DNA of 64,000 nucleotides from an uncultured virus (IMG/VR IMGVR_UViG_3300031612_000001) (IMGVR_UViG_3300031612_000001); one strand, 5' to 3'. Shown: positions 10,472 through 21,137, counted from the stretch's first letter. The notes: generated by a model from the sequence alone, not told the origin. Translations and numbers: made by a program.

Positions 10472-11496
10472 TGTTTGGAAGCCACTTTTATCACTCAACA
10501 ATAAGAAAGTCAGTAGCAGTATTTGGTACGCTTTTTAATAACATATCAGTCATTCGTAAGAATGGCTCTGGTGGAATACTAAATCAAATTAAAGTCCCAT
10601 TAGCATACGGTCCTAAACAAAAGTTTCTAGCTAGGATGAAAGAAGATTTAGCTGATCAGTCAATGGCTCTTAAACTTCCTCGTATGGGATTTGAAATTAC
10701 ATCTTTAGATATAGATCTAAACCAAAAACAAAATAAAAGAAATAAGATAACAAACGCTAGTACGGATGTTACTAAAAGAGATAAAGTTGATTTCCAAGTG
10801 CCATATAATATTGGTATGGAATTAACTATTATGGCTAAAAACCAAGATGATGGTTTACAAATTATGGAACAAATCATTCCGTTCTTTCAGCCTGACTACA
10901 CAGTTACAATTAAACCTATAGATGGTTGGACTTCGTTTAAACAAGACGTACCTATAGTATTAAATTCAGTTAGCATTAACGACGATTATGAAGCTGACTT
11001 TATGACAAGAAGAGTATTAACATATACTCTTGGATTTACTATGAAGATGTCATTTTATAGTAGTAAAGGTTCTCAAGCAATTATTAAAGAGATCGATATA
11101 GATTTCATGAACAAAGGAAATACCTCTCAGTTGTTTGAAGGTTTAAATATAGCCGTCACTCCTACAACTGCAGTTGCATCAGATACATTGGTTACAACAA
11201 GTCCAAGTTCTGGTCAATATAAAATTACGACATCTTTTGATTATATTAACTTTCCAGAAACAGGTACTCTTAATTTACCTTCATCTATTAGTGGAACATT
11301 CAGTGTTGGAGAGATAGTCACTGGTAGTTCTTCGGGCTCTACATTGAAAGTTGGAACGTTTAATGATATTGTTGTAGATGGTGTATCACTTAGAAAAACT
11401 ATTGGCTTTAACTCAGCTGATGGATACTTCCAACCTGGAGAAACAATGACAGGTGGAACTTCAGGAGCTACAGCCTCTCTTACCTCATACGCATAA
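10471..11496 (+). CDS. gp15: tail sheath stabiliser / terminator gp15
   Basis: FGTLFNNI, KVPLAYGPKQKFL, LPRMGFEI and QIIPFFQP motifs. Confidence 0.92.
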   Translation: MFGSHFYHSTIRKSVAVFGTLFNNISVIRKNGSGGILNQIKVPLAYGPKQKFLARMKEDLADQSMALKLPRMGFEITSLDIDLNQKQNKRNKITNASTDVTKRDKVDFQVPYNIGMELTIMAKNQDDGLQIMEQIIPFFQPDYTVTIKPIDGWTSFKQDVPIVLNSVSINDDYEADFMTRRVLTYTLGFTMKMSFYSSKGSQAIIKEIDIDFMNKGNTSQLFEGLNIAVTPTTAVASDTLVTTSPSSGQYKITTSFDYINFPETGTLNLPSSISGTFSVGEIVTGSSSGSTLKVGTFNDIVVDGVSLRKTIGFNSADGYFQPGETMTGGTSGATASLTSYA

Positions 11497-11498
11497 CG

Positions 11499-11506
11499 TA
11501 TAAATA
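11499..11506 (+). promoter_or_regulatory. T4-type late promoter
   Basis: TATAAATA ending 6 nt before the gp16 ATG. Confidence 0.75.
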
Positions 11507-11511
11507 ATATT

Positions 11512-11931
11512 ATGGATAAAAAACAAGAAATCTCAAGTAGGCTTGCCAAGAATCTTCCGAAGAAGCATGTAGAAAATGCGTCGATAGCTATTAGCAAGAA
11601 AGATATTAAAGACGATTATGAGTTTTCTAGAGAAACTTATAAGGATTTAATACGCACTGGAACATTAAGCATGGATGCTATGTCAGAATTAGCAAGAGAA
11701 TCCGAACACCCTAGAGCGTTTGAAGTACTATCAAATCATATTAGAAATATGAGTGATGTAACTGATAAGCTTATGAAATTACAAAAAGCAAAGAAAGAAC
11801 TTAACGCTGAAAGCGATAAAAGAGAAGTGACTAATAATAATGTTTTCGTTGGTAGTACTACTGACCTACAAAGAATGTTATTAAAGACTAAAGCAGATAA
11901 TATTATAGATGTTGAACCAGATAAAGAATAG
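11512..11931 (+). CDS. gp16: terminase small subunit gp16
   Basis: DDYEFSRE, SEHPRAFEV and NNVFVGSTTDLQ motifs. Confidence 0.92.
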   Translation: MDKKQEISSRLAKNLPKKHVENASIAISKKDIKDDYEFSRETYKDLIRTGTLSMDAMSELARESEHPRAFEVLSNHIRNMSDVTDKLMKLQKAKKELNAESDKREVTNNNVFVGSTTDLQRMLLKTKADNIIDVEPDKE

Positions 11932-13528
11932 CGAATTCGGATACTTAGGAAACCCTCAAGTAAAACGAGATGGCGTTCAATCCCAATTTAGCGAAAATGA
12001 AGTAAAAGAATATATCAAATGCATGAACGATCCTGCATACTTTGCTCGTGAGTATATAAAAATTATTTCTCTCGATGACGGATTGGTGCCTTTTAAATTA
12101 TATCCTTATCAAGAAAAGATGTTTACGCATTTCAATGATAACAGATTTAGTATTGTTTTAGCTTGTCGTCAGTCAGGTAAATCTATATCTTCAGTGGTAT
12201 ATCTATTATGGTTTGCCGTATTCCATCCAGAAAAAACTATTGCTATATTAGCTAACAAAGGAGCTGTAGCTAGAGAGATGTTAGCACGTATAACATTAGC
12301 TTTAGAAAATCTACCATTCTTTTTACAGCCTGGATGCAAAGCTTTAAACAAAGGTTCTATAGAGTTTAGTAATAATTCTAAGATTATAGCATCGGCTACA
12401 TCAGGTAGTTCTATCAGGGGTTTATCTATTAACTTATTGTTTTTAGATGAGTTTGCTTTCGTAGAAAATGATGCACAGTTTTATACTTCTACTTATCCAG
12501 TTGTTTCTGCTGGTAAAGACACACAAATAATTATATGTTCTACAGCAAATGGAGTGGGTAATGTATACCACAAGCTATGGGAAGGTGCATCCACAGGGAC
12601 AAATGATTTTGGTCCGTTTAGAGTGGATTGGTGGGACGTACCTGGAAGAGATGATGAATGGAAACGAGTAACTGTAGCGAATACATCGGAATTACAGTTC
12701 GAGCAAGAGTTTGGTAATACTTTTCATGGAAGAGGTAATACATTAATATCTGCTAATCATTTGTTAGCGCAAATGGCTAGAGAACCAATAACAATAAAAG
12801 AAAATATATTAACGTACGAATCACCTATAATAAACCATGATTATATTATGACAGTAGATGTGGCCAGAGGTAGAGGGCAGGATTATAGTACTTTTACTAT
12901 CATTGATATATCAGTTGAACCATTCAATCAAGTGTGTGTATTTAGAGATAATAATATATCACCAATGCTATTACCAGATTTAGTATATAAATACGCAAAT
13001 GCTTATAACGAAGCATACGTTATTGTAGAATCAAACGATCAAGGTGTTGTAGTGTGTAATGGTTTATACTATGACTTAGAATATGAGAACATGTTTGTAG
13101 AATCAGCAGTTAAAAAGAATGCGATTGGTGCTACAATGACCAAAAGAGTAAAAAGAATTGGTTGTTCTACCATAAAAGATTTAATAGAACAAGGGAAACT
13201 ATCAATACATGATGCTAATACCATAGTAGAAATGACTACCTTTGTTTCGAAAGGGACATCATTTGAAGCTTCGGCATCTAATCATGATGACCTTATGATG
13301 AATTTAGTACTGTTTGCATGGTTTACTAGTACTGATATATTTCAATCTATAACAGATATAGACATGAAGAACATGTTGTATAAAGAACAACTTCAAGCAA
13401 TCCAAGATGATATGATACCACTTGGATTTCTTGGTAACGTGGCTGATAATAAGCCAAAATTTGAGCAAGATGAAGACGGAACGGTTTGGTTTGAAACCCC
13501 ATTGGGTAGACATGACGGGCAGTTCTAG
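11909..13528 (+). CDS. gp17: terminase large subunit gp17
   Basis: RQSGKS Walker A; LFLDEFAF Walker B; VDVARGRGQDYS nuclease domain; HDDLMM. Confidence 0.96.
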   Translation: MLNQIKNSEFGYLGNPQVKRDGVQSQFSENEVKEYIKCMNDPAYFAREYIKIISLDDGLVPFKLYPYQEKMFTHFNDNRFSIVLACRQSGKSISSVVYLLWFAVFHPEKTIAILANKGAVAREMLARITLALENLPFFLQPGCKALNKGSIEFSNNSKIIASATSGSSIRGLSINLLFLDEFAFVENDAQFYTSTYPVVSAGKDTQIIICSTANGVGNVYHKLWEGASTGTNDFGPFRVDWWDVPGRDDEWKRVTVANTSELQFEQEFGNTFHGRGNTLISANHLLAQMAREPITIKENILTYESPIINHDYIMTVDVARGRGQDYSTFTIIDISVEPFNQVCVFRDNNISPMLLPDLVYKYANAYNEAYVIVESNDQGVVVCNGLYYDLEYENMFVESAVKKNAIGATMTKRVKRIGCSTIKDLIEQGKLSIHDANTIVEMTTFVSKGTSFEASASNHDDLMMNLVLFAWFTSTDIFQSITDIDMKNMLYKEQLQAIQDDMIPLGFLGNVADNKPKFEQDEDGTVWFETPLGRHDGQF

Positions 13529-13541
13529 AGTTTATTTATAT

Positions 13542-13549
13542 TATAAATA
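13542..13549 (+). promoter_or_regulatory. T4-type late promoter
   Basis: TATAAATA upstream of the sheath gene. Confidence 0.75.
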
Positions 13550-13629
13550 ACTATGATTGAATAAAAAAGTGTAAAAACTTTTCCGTATTATGTTAACTTA
13601 TAAACAAACCTTTTTGAGAGGATAAAGCG

Positions 13630-15339
13630 ATGGCATTTCAAGTATCACCAGGAGTTCAAGTCAAGGAAATTGACGCGACATCCGTAGTACCTGCCGTATC
13701 AACCAGCATTGGTGGATTCGCAGGATCATTTAATTGGGGTCCGGTAGACCAAGTAATCACAGTAGGTTCTGAAAAGAGCTTAGCTGGAATATTCGGTACA
13801 CCAGACGACAATACTTTCTCGTACTTTCTAACGGCAGCGTCATTTTTAAAATATGGCAATGCATTGAAAGTAGTCAGGGTAGCCTCAGGTCACAAGAATG
13901 CGACTTCAGACGGCGCTGGCCAGCTAATCAAAAATGATGATGATTATATTAATAATAACTATGCAACTTCTGATGCTGATAACAAGGGACAATGGGCTGC
14001 AAAGTTTCCAGGTATCCTTGGCAACAGCTTAAAAGTTGAAACAGTTACTGCCGATATTAGCACGTCGAATTTTAACGCTTGGGCATCCCAAGGGCAATTC
14101 GATAGCAAACCCGGTACATCAGACTATGCAACTAACTTAGGCAAAAGTGCAAGTTTCAATGATGAAGTACATGTGATCGTAATAGATCAAGATGGACTTT
14201 TCACAGGTACTGCTAACACAGTATTAGAAACTTTCGCATTCATGTCTATCGGTTCAGATGCTAAGGCAAACGATGGTACAAGTAACTATTATGTAGATGT
14301 TATTAATCAAAGATCTAATTACATTAGATTTATGGATCATATCTCATCATTATCAAGTGCAGGAAGTGCACTTTCCGGACTATCGAGTCTGTCCGGTACA
14401 TTAACTTCAGTAGATTCTGACAGTCTCGGAGGAGGCTTAGATGATAACGTACCAACCACTGGCGAAATTGCATTAGGTTACGACCTATTGGAAGATGGCG
14501 AAACAGTAGATGTAAATTTACTTTTTGCAACTCCAGACGCAAATGGTTCGAATGTAATTGCAAACGATCTTATTTCCATAGCAGCGGCTAGGAAAGATTG
14601 TATGGCATTTGTATCCCCACCAATCGCAGACACACAGGGGTCTTCAACACCTGCAGCAGATGTAAAAGTCTTTGCAGATACATTAACATCAAGCTCTTAT
14701 GCTTCATGTGATTCAACAGCTCTTTATGTCTATGACAAATACAATGATAAATATCGTTGGATTGGAGCAGCTGGTCACGTAGCAGGACTTTGTGCTAATA
14801 CAGATACTGTAGCTGATTCTTGGTTCTCACCAGCTGGTGTGAATCGTGGACAACTATTGGGTGTAGTCAAGTTGGCACATAATCCTAAACAGGCAGATAG
14901 AGATACCTTGTATAAAGCAAGAGTAAATCCGATTGTATCGTTGTCTGGTCAGGGAACTATTCTCTTCGGAGATAAAACATTGTTAAGTAAGCCTTCAGCA
15001 TTTGATAGAATCAATGTAAGAAGATTATTTAACACATTAGAAAAAGCAATCTCAACTGCTGCTAAAGCACAGTTATTTGAATTCAACGATGAATTTACGC
15101 AAGCACAGTTCAAAAACTTAATTGAGCCATTCTTGAGAGATGTGAAGGGGCGTAGAGGACTAACAGATTTCTTAGTTGTTTGCGATAGTACTAACAATAC
15201 AAGTCAAGTAGTTGATGGTAATCAATTTGTAGCTGATATATTTATCAAGCCTTCAAGATCGATTAACTTCATTACTTTAAACTTTGTAGCCACAAGATCA
15301 GGGGTCGAATTTACTGAGATCGCTGGTACTTCAGCATAA
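13630..15339 (+). CDS. gp18: tail sheath protein gp18
   Basis: SPGVQVKEID, WFSPAG, FDRINVRRLF and IKPSRSINFI motifs. Confidence 0.96.
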   Translation: MAFQVSPGVQVKEIDATSVVPAVSTSIGGFAGSFNWGPVDQVITVGSEKSLAGIFGTPDDNTFSYFLTAASFLKYGNALKVVRVASGHKNATSDGAGQLIKNDDDYINNNYATSDADNKGQWAAKFPGILGNSLKVETVTADISTSNFNAWASQGQFDSKPGTSDYATNLGKSASFNDEVHVIVIDQDGLFTGTANTVLETFAFMSIGSDAKANDGTSNYYVDVINQRSNYIRFMDHISSLSSAGSALSGLSSLSGTLTSVDSDSLGGGLDDNVPTTGEIALGYDLLEDGETVDVNLLFATPDANGSNVIANDLISIAAARKDCMAFVSPPIADTQGSSTPAADVKVFADTLTSSSYASCDSTALYVYDKYNDKYRWIGAAGHVAGLCANTDTVADSWFSPAGVNRGQLLGVVKLAHNPKQADRDTLYKARVNPIVSLSGQGTILFGDKTLLSKPSAFDRINVRRLFNTLEKAISTAAKAQLFEFNDEFTQAQFKNLIEPFLRDVKGRRGLTDFLVVCDSTNNTSQVVDGNQFVADIFIKPSRSINFITLNFVATRSGVEFTEIAGTSA

Positions 15340-15351
15340 TAGGAGAATAAC

Positions 15352-15879
15352 ATGGCAATTTTAGGAGTAGACGATTTTAAATCTAAACTAACTGGCGGCG
15401 GCGCTAGGTCAAATCTATTTAAAGCAACCGTTAATTTTCCAAGTTACGTAGCTGCTGATGTGGAATTAACATCTTTCTTATGTAAGGGAGTACAGATTCC
15501 AGGGTCAACGATAGCACCTATTGCTATACCATTCAGAGGCAGACAGCTTCAGATGGCAGGTGATAGAACTTTCGAACCATTATCATTGACAATCATCAAT
15601 GATGCTAACTTTAAAGTTAGAAATGCGTTTGAGTCTTGGGCTAATGGTATTAACAATTTCGCTACTAACACTGGTCTATCAAATATGAATGATTATATTT
15701 GTGACGTAGTAGTAGAGCAGCTTAATAAAGCTGGCGAAACTGTTAAGAAATATGACTTTAGAGGTTGTTGGCCTTCTTCAGTTTCAACTATCGATTTAAA
15801 TTACGATAGTGAAAACACGATAGAAGAGTTCACAGTTGAACTACAGGTTCAATATTGGGAGTCAGATACTACCTCTTAG
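15352..15879 (+). CDS. gp19: tail tube protein gp19
   Basis: GGGARSNLF, PFRGRQLQMAGDRTF and IEEFTVE motifs. Confidence 0.95.
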   Translation: MAILGVDDFKSKLTGGGARSNLFKATVNFPSYVAADVELTSFLCKGVQIPGSTIAPIAIPFRGRQLQMAGDRTFEPLSLTIINDANFKVRNAFESWANGINNFATNTGLSNMNDYICDVVVEQLNKAGETVKKYDFRGCWPSSVSTIDLNYDSENTIEEFTVELQVQYWESDTTS

Positions 15880-15885
15880 AAGTAG

Positions 15886-15924
15886 TATAAATAATAATAG
15901 GAGAGGGGAACTGGTTTCCCCTCC
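15886..15924 (+). promoter_or_regulatory. late promoter plus GC-rich hairpin in the portal 5' leader
   Basis: TATAAATA at 15886-15893, followed by the inverted repeat GAGGGGAA...TTCCCCTC. Confidence 0.65.
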
Positions 15925-15944
15925 GATATTATAGGAAATAAATT

Positions 15945-17432
15945 ATGGCAGAATTTTTCGGATTCGAGATAAACAGGAAAAAGGGTAACAAGGATAACCT
16001 TGTATCTATAGTTCCATCCACAGAAAACGACGGCGCGGGTGTAATAAACTCGGGAGGTCACTTTGGGCAATATCTAGATCAAGACGCAGATAAACAAAAG
16101 AACGAAGTAGAGCTTATTGTAAAATATAGGGATATTGCAGCACAGCCAGAATGTGATGCAGCTATTGAAGACATTGTTAACGAATCAATTGTAGGTGACC
16201 ATGATGAGGCACCTGTTAATATTATATTAGATAAATTAGAAATATCAGATAAAATCAAAGATACCGTAAGAGACGAATTTGATGTTATCCTAAAGCTTAT
16301 GGGCTTCAATCAGTATTCACATGATATATTCAGAAAGTGGTACATTGATGGAAGATTACCGTATCACGTTATTATTAACGATGCTAATCCAAAAGCAGGT
16401 ATTAAAGAATTAAGATATATCGATCCAACGCAATTACGTAAAGTAAAAGAGATCGAAGAACAACAAGACCCTAAAACTGGGGCAACACTGGTTGTTAAAC
16501 AAGCAGAGTATTTCTTATTCCAAAACAATAAGATGACTCAAACAGATCAAGGTGTTAAAATACATCCTGATGCTATATTATATGCTACGTCCGGGATGAT
16601 GGATCCAACTCGTTCTAGAATATTATCTTACTTGCAAAAAGCAATTAAGCCAGTCAACCAATTAAGAATGATGGAAGATTCCTTGGTTATCTACAGAATA
16701 AGTAGAGCACCTGAAAGAAGAATCTTTTATATTGACGTAGGTAACCTACCAAAAGGTAAAGCAGAAGAATACTTACGTAACATCATGAATCAGTATAGAA
16801 ACAAATTAGTATACGATGCCGCGACAGGAGATGTTAAAGATGATAAGAAACATATGTCGATGCTCGAAGATTTCTTCTTACCGCGTAGAGAAGGTGGTAG
16901 AGGTACGGAAATTTCGACCCTCCCAGGAGGAGAAAATCTCGGACAGATTGATGATATCATATACTTCCAAAAGAAACTGTATAAAGCCCTTAACGTACCA
17001 ATTAACAGATTGGAACAAGAGAATCAGTTTAGTTTAGGTAGAAGTACTGAAATATCTAGAGATGAAGTTAAGTTTAAAAAATTCATTGATAGATTAAGAA
17101 AAAGATTTTCCGATGTGTTTATGCAAGCACTTAAAACTCAATTACTATTAAAGGGTATTATAACCGTTAATGATTGGGAAAGCTGGAAAGAAAGTATTGT
17201 TTTTGACTTTATTGAAGATAACTATTTTAGTGAACTGAAAGAAAGTGAAATGATAAGGGAAAGATTCGAACTTATAAGTTCTGTTGATGAGTATGTAGGT
17301 AAATACGTATCAAATGAATGGGTAAGAAAGAATATACTCCGTCAAACTGATGACGACATAGAAGAGTTAACCAAACAAATCGAACAGGAAAAGGCTGATG
17401 CCCCTGACGATGAAGATGATTTGGACTTCTAG
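15945..17432 (+). CDS. gp20: portal protein gp20
   Basis: YRISRAPERRIFYIDVGNLPKGKAEEY and EDFFLPRREGGRGTEISTLPGG motifs. Confidence 0.97.
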   Translation: MAEFFGFEINRKKGNKDNLVSIVPSTENDGAGVINSGGHFGQYLDQDADKQKNEVELIVKYRDIAAQPECDAAIEDIVNESIVGDHDEAPVNIILDKLEISDKIKDTVRDEFDVILKLMGFNQYSHDIFRKWYIDGRLPYHVIINDANPKAGIKELRYIDPTQLRKVKEIEEQQDPKTGATLVVKQAEYFLFQNNKMTQTDQGVKIHPDAILYATSGMMDPTRSRILSYLQKAIKPVNQLRMMEDSLVIYRISRAPERRIFYIDVGNLPKGKAEEYLRNIMNQYRNKLVYDAATGDVKDDKKHMSMLEDFFLPRREGGRGTEISTLPGGENLGQIDDIIYFQKKLYKALNVPINRLEQENQFSLGRSTEISRDEVKFKKFIDRLRKRFSDVFMQALKTQLLLKGIITVNDWESWKESIVFDFIEDNYFSELKESEMIRERFELISSVDEYVGKYVSNEWVRKNILRQTDDDIEELTKQIEQEKADAPDDEDDLDF

Positions 17433-17445
17433 AGATTTAAATAAC

Positions 17446-17453
17446 TATAAATA
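17446..17453 (+). promoter_or_regulatory. T4-type late promoter
   Basis: TATAAATA upstream of the prohead core genes. Confidence 0.7.
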
Positions 17454-17473
17454 TATACAGAACGAGGATAATT

Positions 17474-17641
17474 ATGACTACAGAGAATTTGATAACAAAT
17501 TTAAAAGACGGTGACAATGTCGCTGCACAAAAAAGCTTTAATGATATAATGTCAGTAAAGCTCACTGCTGCTATAGATGCAAAGAAAATTGAAATAGCAG
17601 GCACAATAGGTAATAAACAACCAGAAGCCGAACAGGCTTAA
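17474..17641 (+). CDS. small prohead core protein (gp67-like)
   Basis: 55 aa MTTENLITNLKDGDNVAAQKSF...AIDAKKIEIA; GAGGA SD; lies between portal and protease as in T4-like phages; not in the ORF track. Confidence 0.7.
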   Translation: MTTENLITNLKDGDNVAAQKSFNDIMSVKLTAAIDAKKIEIAGTIGNKQPEAEQA

Positions 17642-17651
17642 AGAGGTATAA

Positions 17652-18299
17652 ATGAAACTAATATCAGAATACGTAGATAATAACCTACAAATTCTTTCTG
17701 AAAAGAATGAAAAAGGCGAAAAGTCTTTTGTGATAGAGGGTGTATTTATGCAGGCCAATAAGAAAAATAGAAATGGCCGTGTTTATGATAAAAAGATTTT
17801 GGAAGCTGCAGTTGGCAAATACGTCGACGAGCAGGTTTCACAAGGTAGAGCAGTTGGAGAGTTAAATCATCCGGAAGGACCAACTGTAAACCTTGACAAA
17901 GTTTCACATAAGATCACAAACTTGGAATTCCAAGGGAATGATGTTATGGGAAAAGCATCAATACTTAATACTCCTATGGGTAATATCGTTAGCGGTTTAC
18001 TTGAAGGCGGAGTTAAGCTTGGTGTATCAAGTCGTGGTATGGGAACTCTTGAAAACAAGGGTGGCGTTATGTATGTGAAGAATGACTTTATGTTAGCTTC
18101 AGTAGATATCGTTCAAGACCCTTCTGCGCCGTCAGCATTTGTTAACGGTGTAATGGAAGGTGTTGAATGGATATGGAATAACGGTATTCTTGCTCCTCAA
18201 GAAATTGAAAAAATTGAGACTGAAATAAAACGTACTCCCGCTAGGCACTTGCCAGCAATGGAAATTAGAGCGTTTAAACATTTCCTCTCTAAACTTTAA
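17652..18299 (+). CDS. gp21: prohead protease gp21
   Basis: NRNGRVY, GELNHP, GVSSRGMG and DIVQDPSAPSA motifs. Confidence 0.96.
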   Translation: MKLISEYVDNNLQILSEKNEKGEKSFVIEGVFMQANKKNRNGRVYDKKILEAAVGKYVDEQVSQGRAVGELNHPEGPTVNLDKVSHKITNLEFQGNDVMGKASILNTPMGNIVSGLLEGGVKLGVSSRGMGTLENKGGVMYVKNDFMLASVDIVQDPSAPSAFVNGVMEGVEWIWNNGILAPQEIEKIETEIKRTPARHLPAMEIRAFKHFLSKL

Positions 18300-18324
18300 A
18301 CTTATAACTTAAGAGGACAAACAA

Positions 18325-19494
18325 ATGTCAATGACAGATGAAATAAAAAAAGTTGTCGCTGAAGGCGTAAATGCCGAAGTAACTGAAGATGAAATCTCTG
18401 AAGTTGCGGAAGTTGAAGCAGAGCAGGAAGTTGTAGAAGCTAAAGACGATAAAGAAGAAGACGATAAAGAAACTGAGAATGATTCTGACGAAGATGAAGA
18501 AGAGGATGTCAAAGAAAATGACGAATCTGATGAAGACGAAGAAGAAGAAGACGAAGTGACTGAAGTCCAAATTCCTAAGACTAAAGCTGCTGTAATTAAC
18601 GCTGCTGTTCAAATGCTGAAGAAAGCGAAGAAAGACGAAGCGCAACAGTTATTTGCCAAGATGGTAAAAATGTCTGAGTCTGAAGACGAAGGTGGATTGG
18701 TTAAAAAGGGCGAAAAAGCAGGACCTGGAAAGGTTGCTACACCCAAAGCCAAAGCATCTAAAGTCGTAGAGGCGAACTGGGACGAAGATCTAGATCTTAT
18801 TGTCGCAGAAGAGGCAACACTATCGGATGGATTCCGTGATAAAGCTAGTGCAATCTTTGAGGCTGCTTACAAATCAAAAGTAAGTGCTGAAATAGATAGA
18901 CTAGAAGCAGAATATGCGCAAAACCTTGAAGAAGAAGTTAATGACGTTCAAAGCTCACTCGTAGAAAAAGTAGATTCTTACTTAAACTATGTTGTTGAAG
19001 GATGGATGGAGCAAAATGAAGTTGCAATAGAACAAGGTCTTAGGACTGAAGTTGCAGAGCAATTCATGGAATCATTACAAACTGTATTCAAGGAACATTA
19101 TATAGAAGTTCCCGAAGGGAAAGCAGACCTAGTCGACGATTTAGCCGACCAAGTAGCTGAACTAGAAGAACAACTAAATAAAACCACAGAAGAGAACATA
19201 GGATTATTTGAAAGCAATAACGCACACGTTAAAGCTAGAATTATATCTGAGCAATCTTCAGGCTTAGCAGCAACCGAAGCTGAGAAACTATCATCTTTAG
19301 TAGAAGATATAGATTTTGATAATGCAAGTACTTTCGAAATGAAAGTAAATACCATTAAAGAATCTTACTTCATTAATGAAGTTAGTGGAACAGTTGATGA
19401 AGCTGATGCTCTAATTGGTAACGACGAAGCTCCAGTAGTTTCTGTTGGTGTCATGGATGCATACACTAAAGCCATAACAAAAGCTAGTAAATAG
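18325..19494 (+). CDS. gp22: prohead core scaffold gp22
   Basis: Acidic coiled coil; KVDSYLNYVVEGWM and FKEHYIEVP motifs. Confidence 0.92.
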   Translation: MSMTDEIKKVVAEGVNAEVTEDEISEVAEVEAEQEVVEAKDDKEEDDKETENDSDEDEEEDVKENDESDEDEEEEDEVTEVQIPKTKAAVINAAVQMLKKAKKDEAQQLFAKMVKMSESEDEGGLVKKGEKAGPGKVATPKAKASKVVEANWDEDLDLIVAEEATLSDGFRDKASAIFEAAYKSKVSAEIDRLEAEYAQNLEEEVNDVQSSLVEKVDSYLNYVVEGWMEQNEVAIEQGLRTEVAEQFMESLQTVFKEHYIEVPEGKADLVDDLADQVAELEEQLNKTTEENIGLFESNNAHVKARIISEQSSGLAATEAEKLSSLVEDIDFDNASTFEMKVNTIKESYFINEVSGTVDEADALIGNDEAPVVSVGVMDAYTKAITKASK

Positions 19495-19528
19495 TTAATA
19501 TTAATAAAACATATAGGGGAAACTAAAA

Positions 19529-20851
19529 ATGTTTAACGCAGACGCACAATTAATGGAGAAATGGTCTCCAGTGTTGGAACACACAGATGTTCCAAGTATC
19601 GAAGATAGATACAAAAAAGCGGTAACTGCCCGTCTTCTTGAAAACCAAGAAGTAGCTTTACAAGAAGAAAGAGTACAACAATCATTTGGTAATGTAAATG
19701 AAGCCGCAGCTAACGCCGCTGGTGGAATTTCTAACTTTGATCCAGTACTTATCTCTTTAGTAAGACGAGCAATGCCAAACCTTATTGCATATGATATCGC
19801 AGGCGTGCAGCCTATGAGTGGACCAACTGGTCTTATCTTTGCAATGAAATCAAAGTATACTGCACAGAATGGAACAGAGGCTTTATTCAATGAAGCTGAT
19901 ACTGACTTTTCTGGTACAGGTACTCATCAAGCCGAACCTACTGGTTTAGGCGGAGCAACGGATGCTGATACAGACGGAAGTATTGCAGATACAGCAGCAG
20001 CTGATATCACTAATACATTCGGTTCTGGTCTACCAACTGCTACTGCAGAACAACGTGGTATGTCAGGTGGAGCTGGTGCAGCTTTCGGTGAAATGGCTTT
20101 CTCAATCGAGAAATCTACTGTAACTGCTAAGTCAAGAGCTCTTAAAGCTGAATACACTATGGAACTTGCTCAAGATCTTAAAGCAATCCACGGTCTAGAC
20201 GCTGAAGGCGAACTTGCTAATATCCTATCTGCTGAAATCCTTGCGGAAATCAACAGAGAAGTAGTTAGAACAGTTCTTACTAAAGCTAAAATCGGTGCTC
20301 TACAATCTTCAACTGCTATTTCTGGTGTCTTTGACGTCGGTACAGATAGTGATGGAAGATGGATGGCTGAGAAATTTAAAGGACTAGTAATGCAACTTGA
20401 AAGAGAAGCTAACGTAATTGCTAAAGAAACAAGACGTGGAAAAGGTAACTATGTTATCGTTTCTTCTGATGTTGCTTCAGCTTTAGCTGCTTCTGGAATG
20501 TTGGACTACTCACCTGCAATGTCAACTAACTTAAACGTCGATGATACTGGTAATACTTTTGCCGGTGTTCTTAATGGAAGAATGAAGGTCTATATTGATC
20601 CTTATGCTACTATTGACTTCGCATGTGTTGGTTACAGAGGTGCTAATCCTTATGACGCTGGTCTATTCTATTGTCCTTACGTTCCTTTAACTATGGTTAA
20701 AGCGATTGGTGAGACAGACTTCCAGCCTAGAATTGGTTTTAAAACAAGATACGGTATGGTTGCAAATCCATTCGTAGCTGCTGATGGAATTGGTACAGAT
20801 CGTGCTAACCCATACTTTAGAATCTTCAGAATCGACGACATCATGGTGTAA
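19529..20851 (+). CDS. gp23: major capsid protein gp23
   Basis: GVQPMSGPTGLIFAM, KSRALKAEYTMELAQDLKAIHGLDAE and FQPRIGFKTRYG motifs. Confidence 0.98.
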   Translation: MFNADAQLMEKWSPVLEHTDVPSIEDRYKKAVTARLLENQEVALQEERVQQSFGNVNEAAANAAGGISNFDPVLISLVRRAMPNLIAYDIAGVQPMSGPTGLIFAMKSKYTAQNGTEALFNEADTDFSGTGTHQAEPTGLGGATDADTDGSIADTAAADITNTFGSGLPTATAEQRGMSGGAGAAFGEMAFSIEKSTVTAKSRALKAEYTMELAQDLKAIHGLDAEGELANILSAEILAEINREVVRTVLTKAKIGALQSSTAISGVFDVGTDSDGRWMAEKFKGLVMQLEREANVIAKETRRGKGNYVIVSSDVASALAASGMLDYSPAMSTNLNVDDTGNTFAGVLNGRMKVYIDPYATIDFACVGYRGANPYDAGLFYCPYVPLTMVKAIGETDFQPRIGFKTRYGMVANPFVAADGIGTDRANPYFRIFRIDDIMV

Positions 20852-20883
20852 ACCTGATTTAGTTAATTCTAATTCTTTTAAAA

Positions 20884-20908
20884 GGGGCTCTTCGGAGTCC
20901 CTTTTTTT
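20884..20908 (+). terminator. Rho-independent terminator with UUCG tetraloop
   Basis: GGGGCTC-TTCG-GAGTCCC followed by TTTTTTT, after gp23. Confidence 0.9.
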
Positions 20909-20924
20909 ATGTATAAATAGTAGT

Positions 20925-21137
20925 ATGAATATAATAAATAGCAGTTTTCAAAACCAACTATCATCCTACCGTAACAATAACCGTCAAGGTGTTGTATGGC
21001 TTACCACCGAAGGTGCATATGCATGTAGGTTTTACGAGAATCAAGTTTGGCAAAAGGACGAAGTATACGCTGGACGTTCAGAATCATATGCAGAAGAAGC
21101 TGCAGAAAATTATGTATTTAACATTGAGAACGTATAA
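20925..21137 (+). CDS. small hypothetical protein
   Basis: 70 aa from ATG 20925, just after the late promoter TATAAATA at 20912-20919; the longer start in the track overlaps gp23 and the terminator. Confidence 0.65.
   Translation: MNIINSSFQNQLSSYRNNNRQGVVWLTTEGAYACRFYENQVWQKDEVYAGRSESYAEEAAENYVFNIENV

Noticed and set aside
18420..18560. GAA/GAC-rich low-complexity tracts (also about 29430-29690 and 63100-63280)
   Set aside because: They encode acidic linkers of the scaffold, VWA and internal proteins rather than DNA repeats
20784..20924. Extended 117 aa ORF overlapping the gp23 end (possible frameshift extension)
   Set aside because: It crosses a strong terminator; the late promoter and ATG at 20925 explain the real gene, and no clear slippery site was seen
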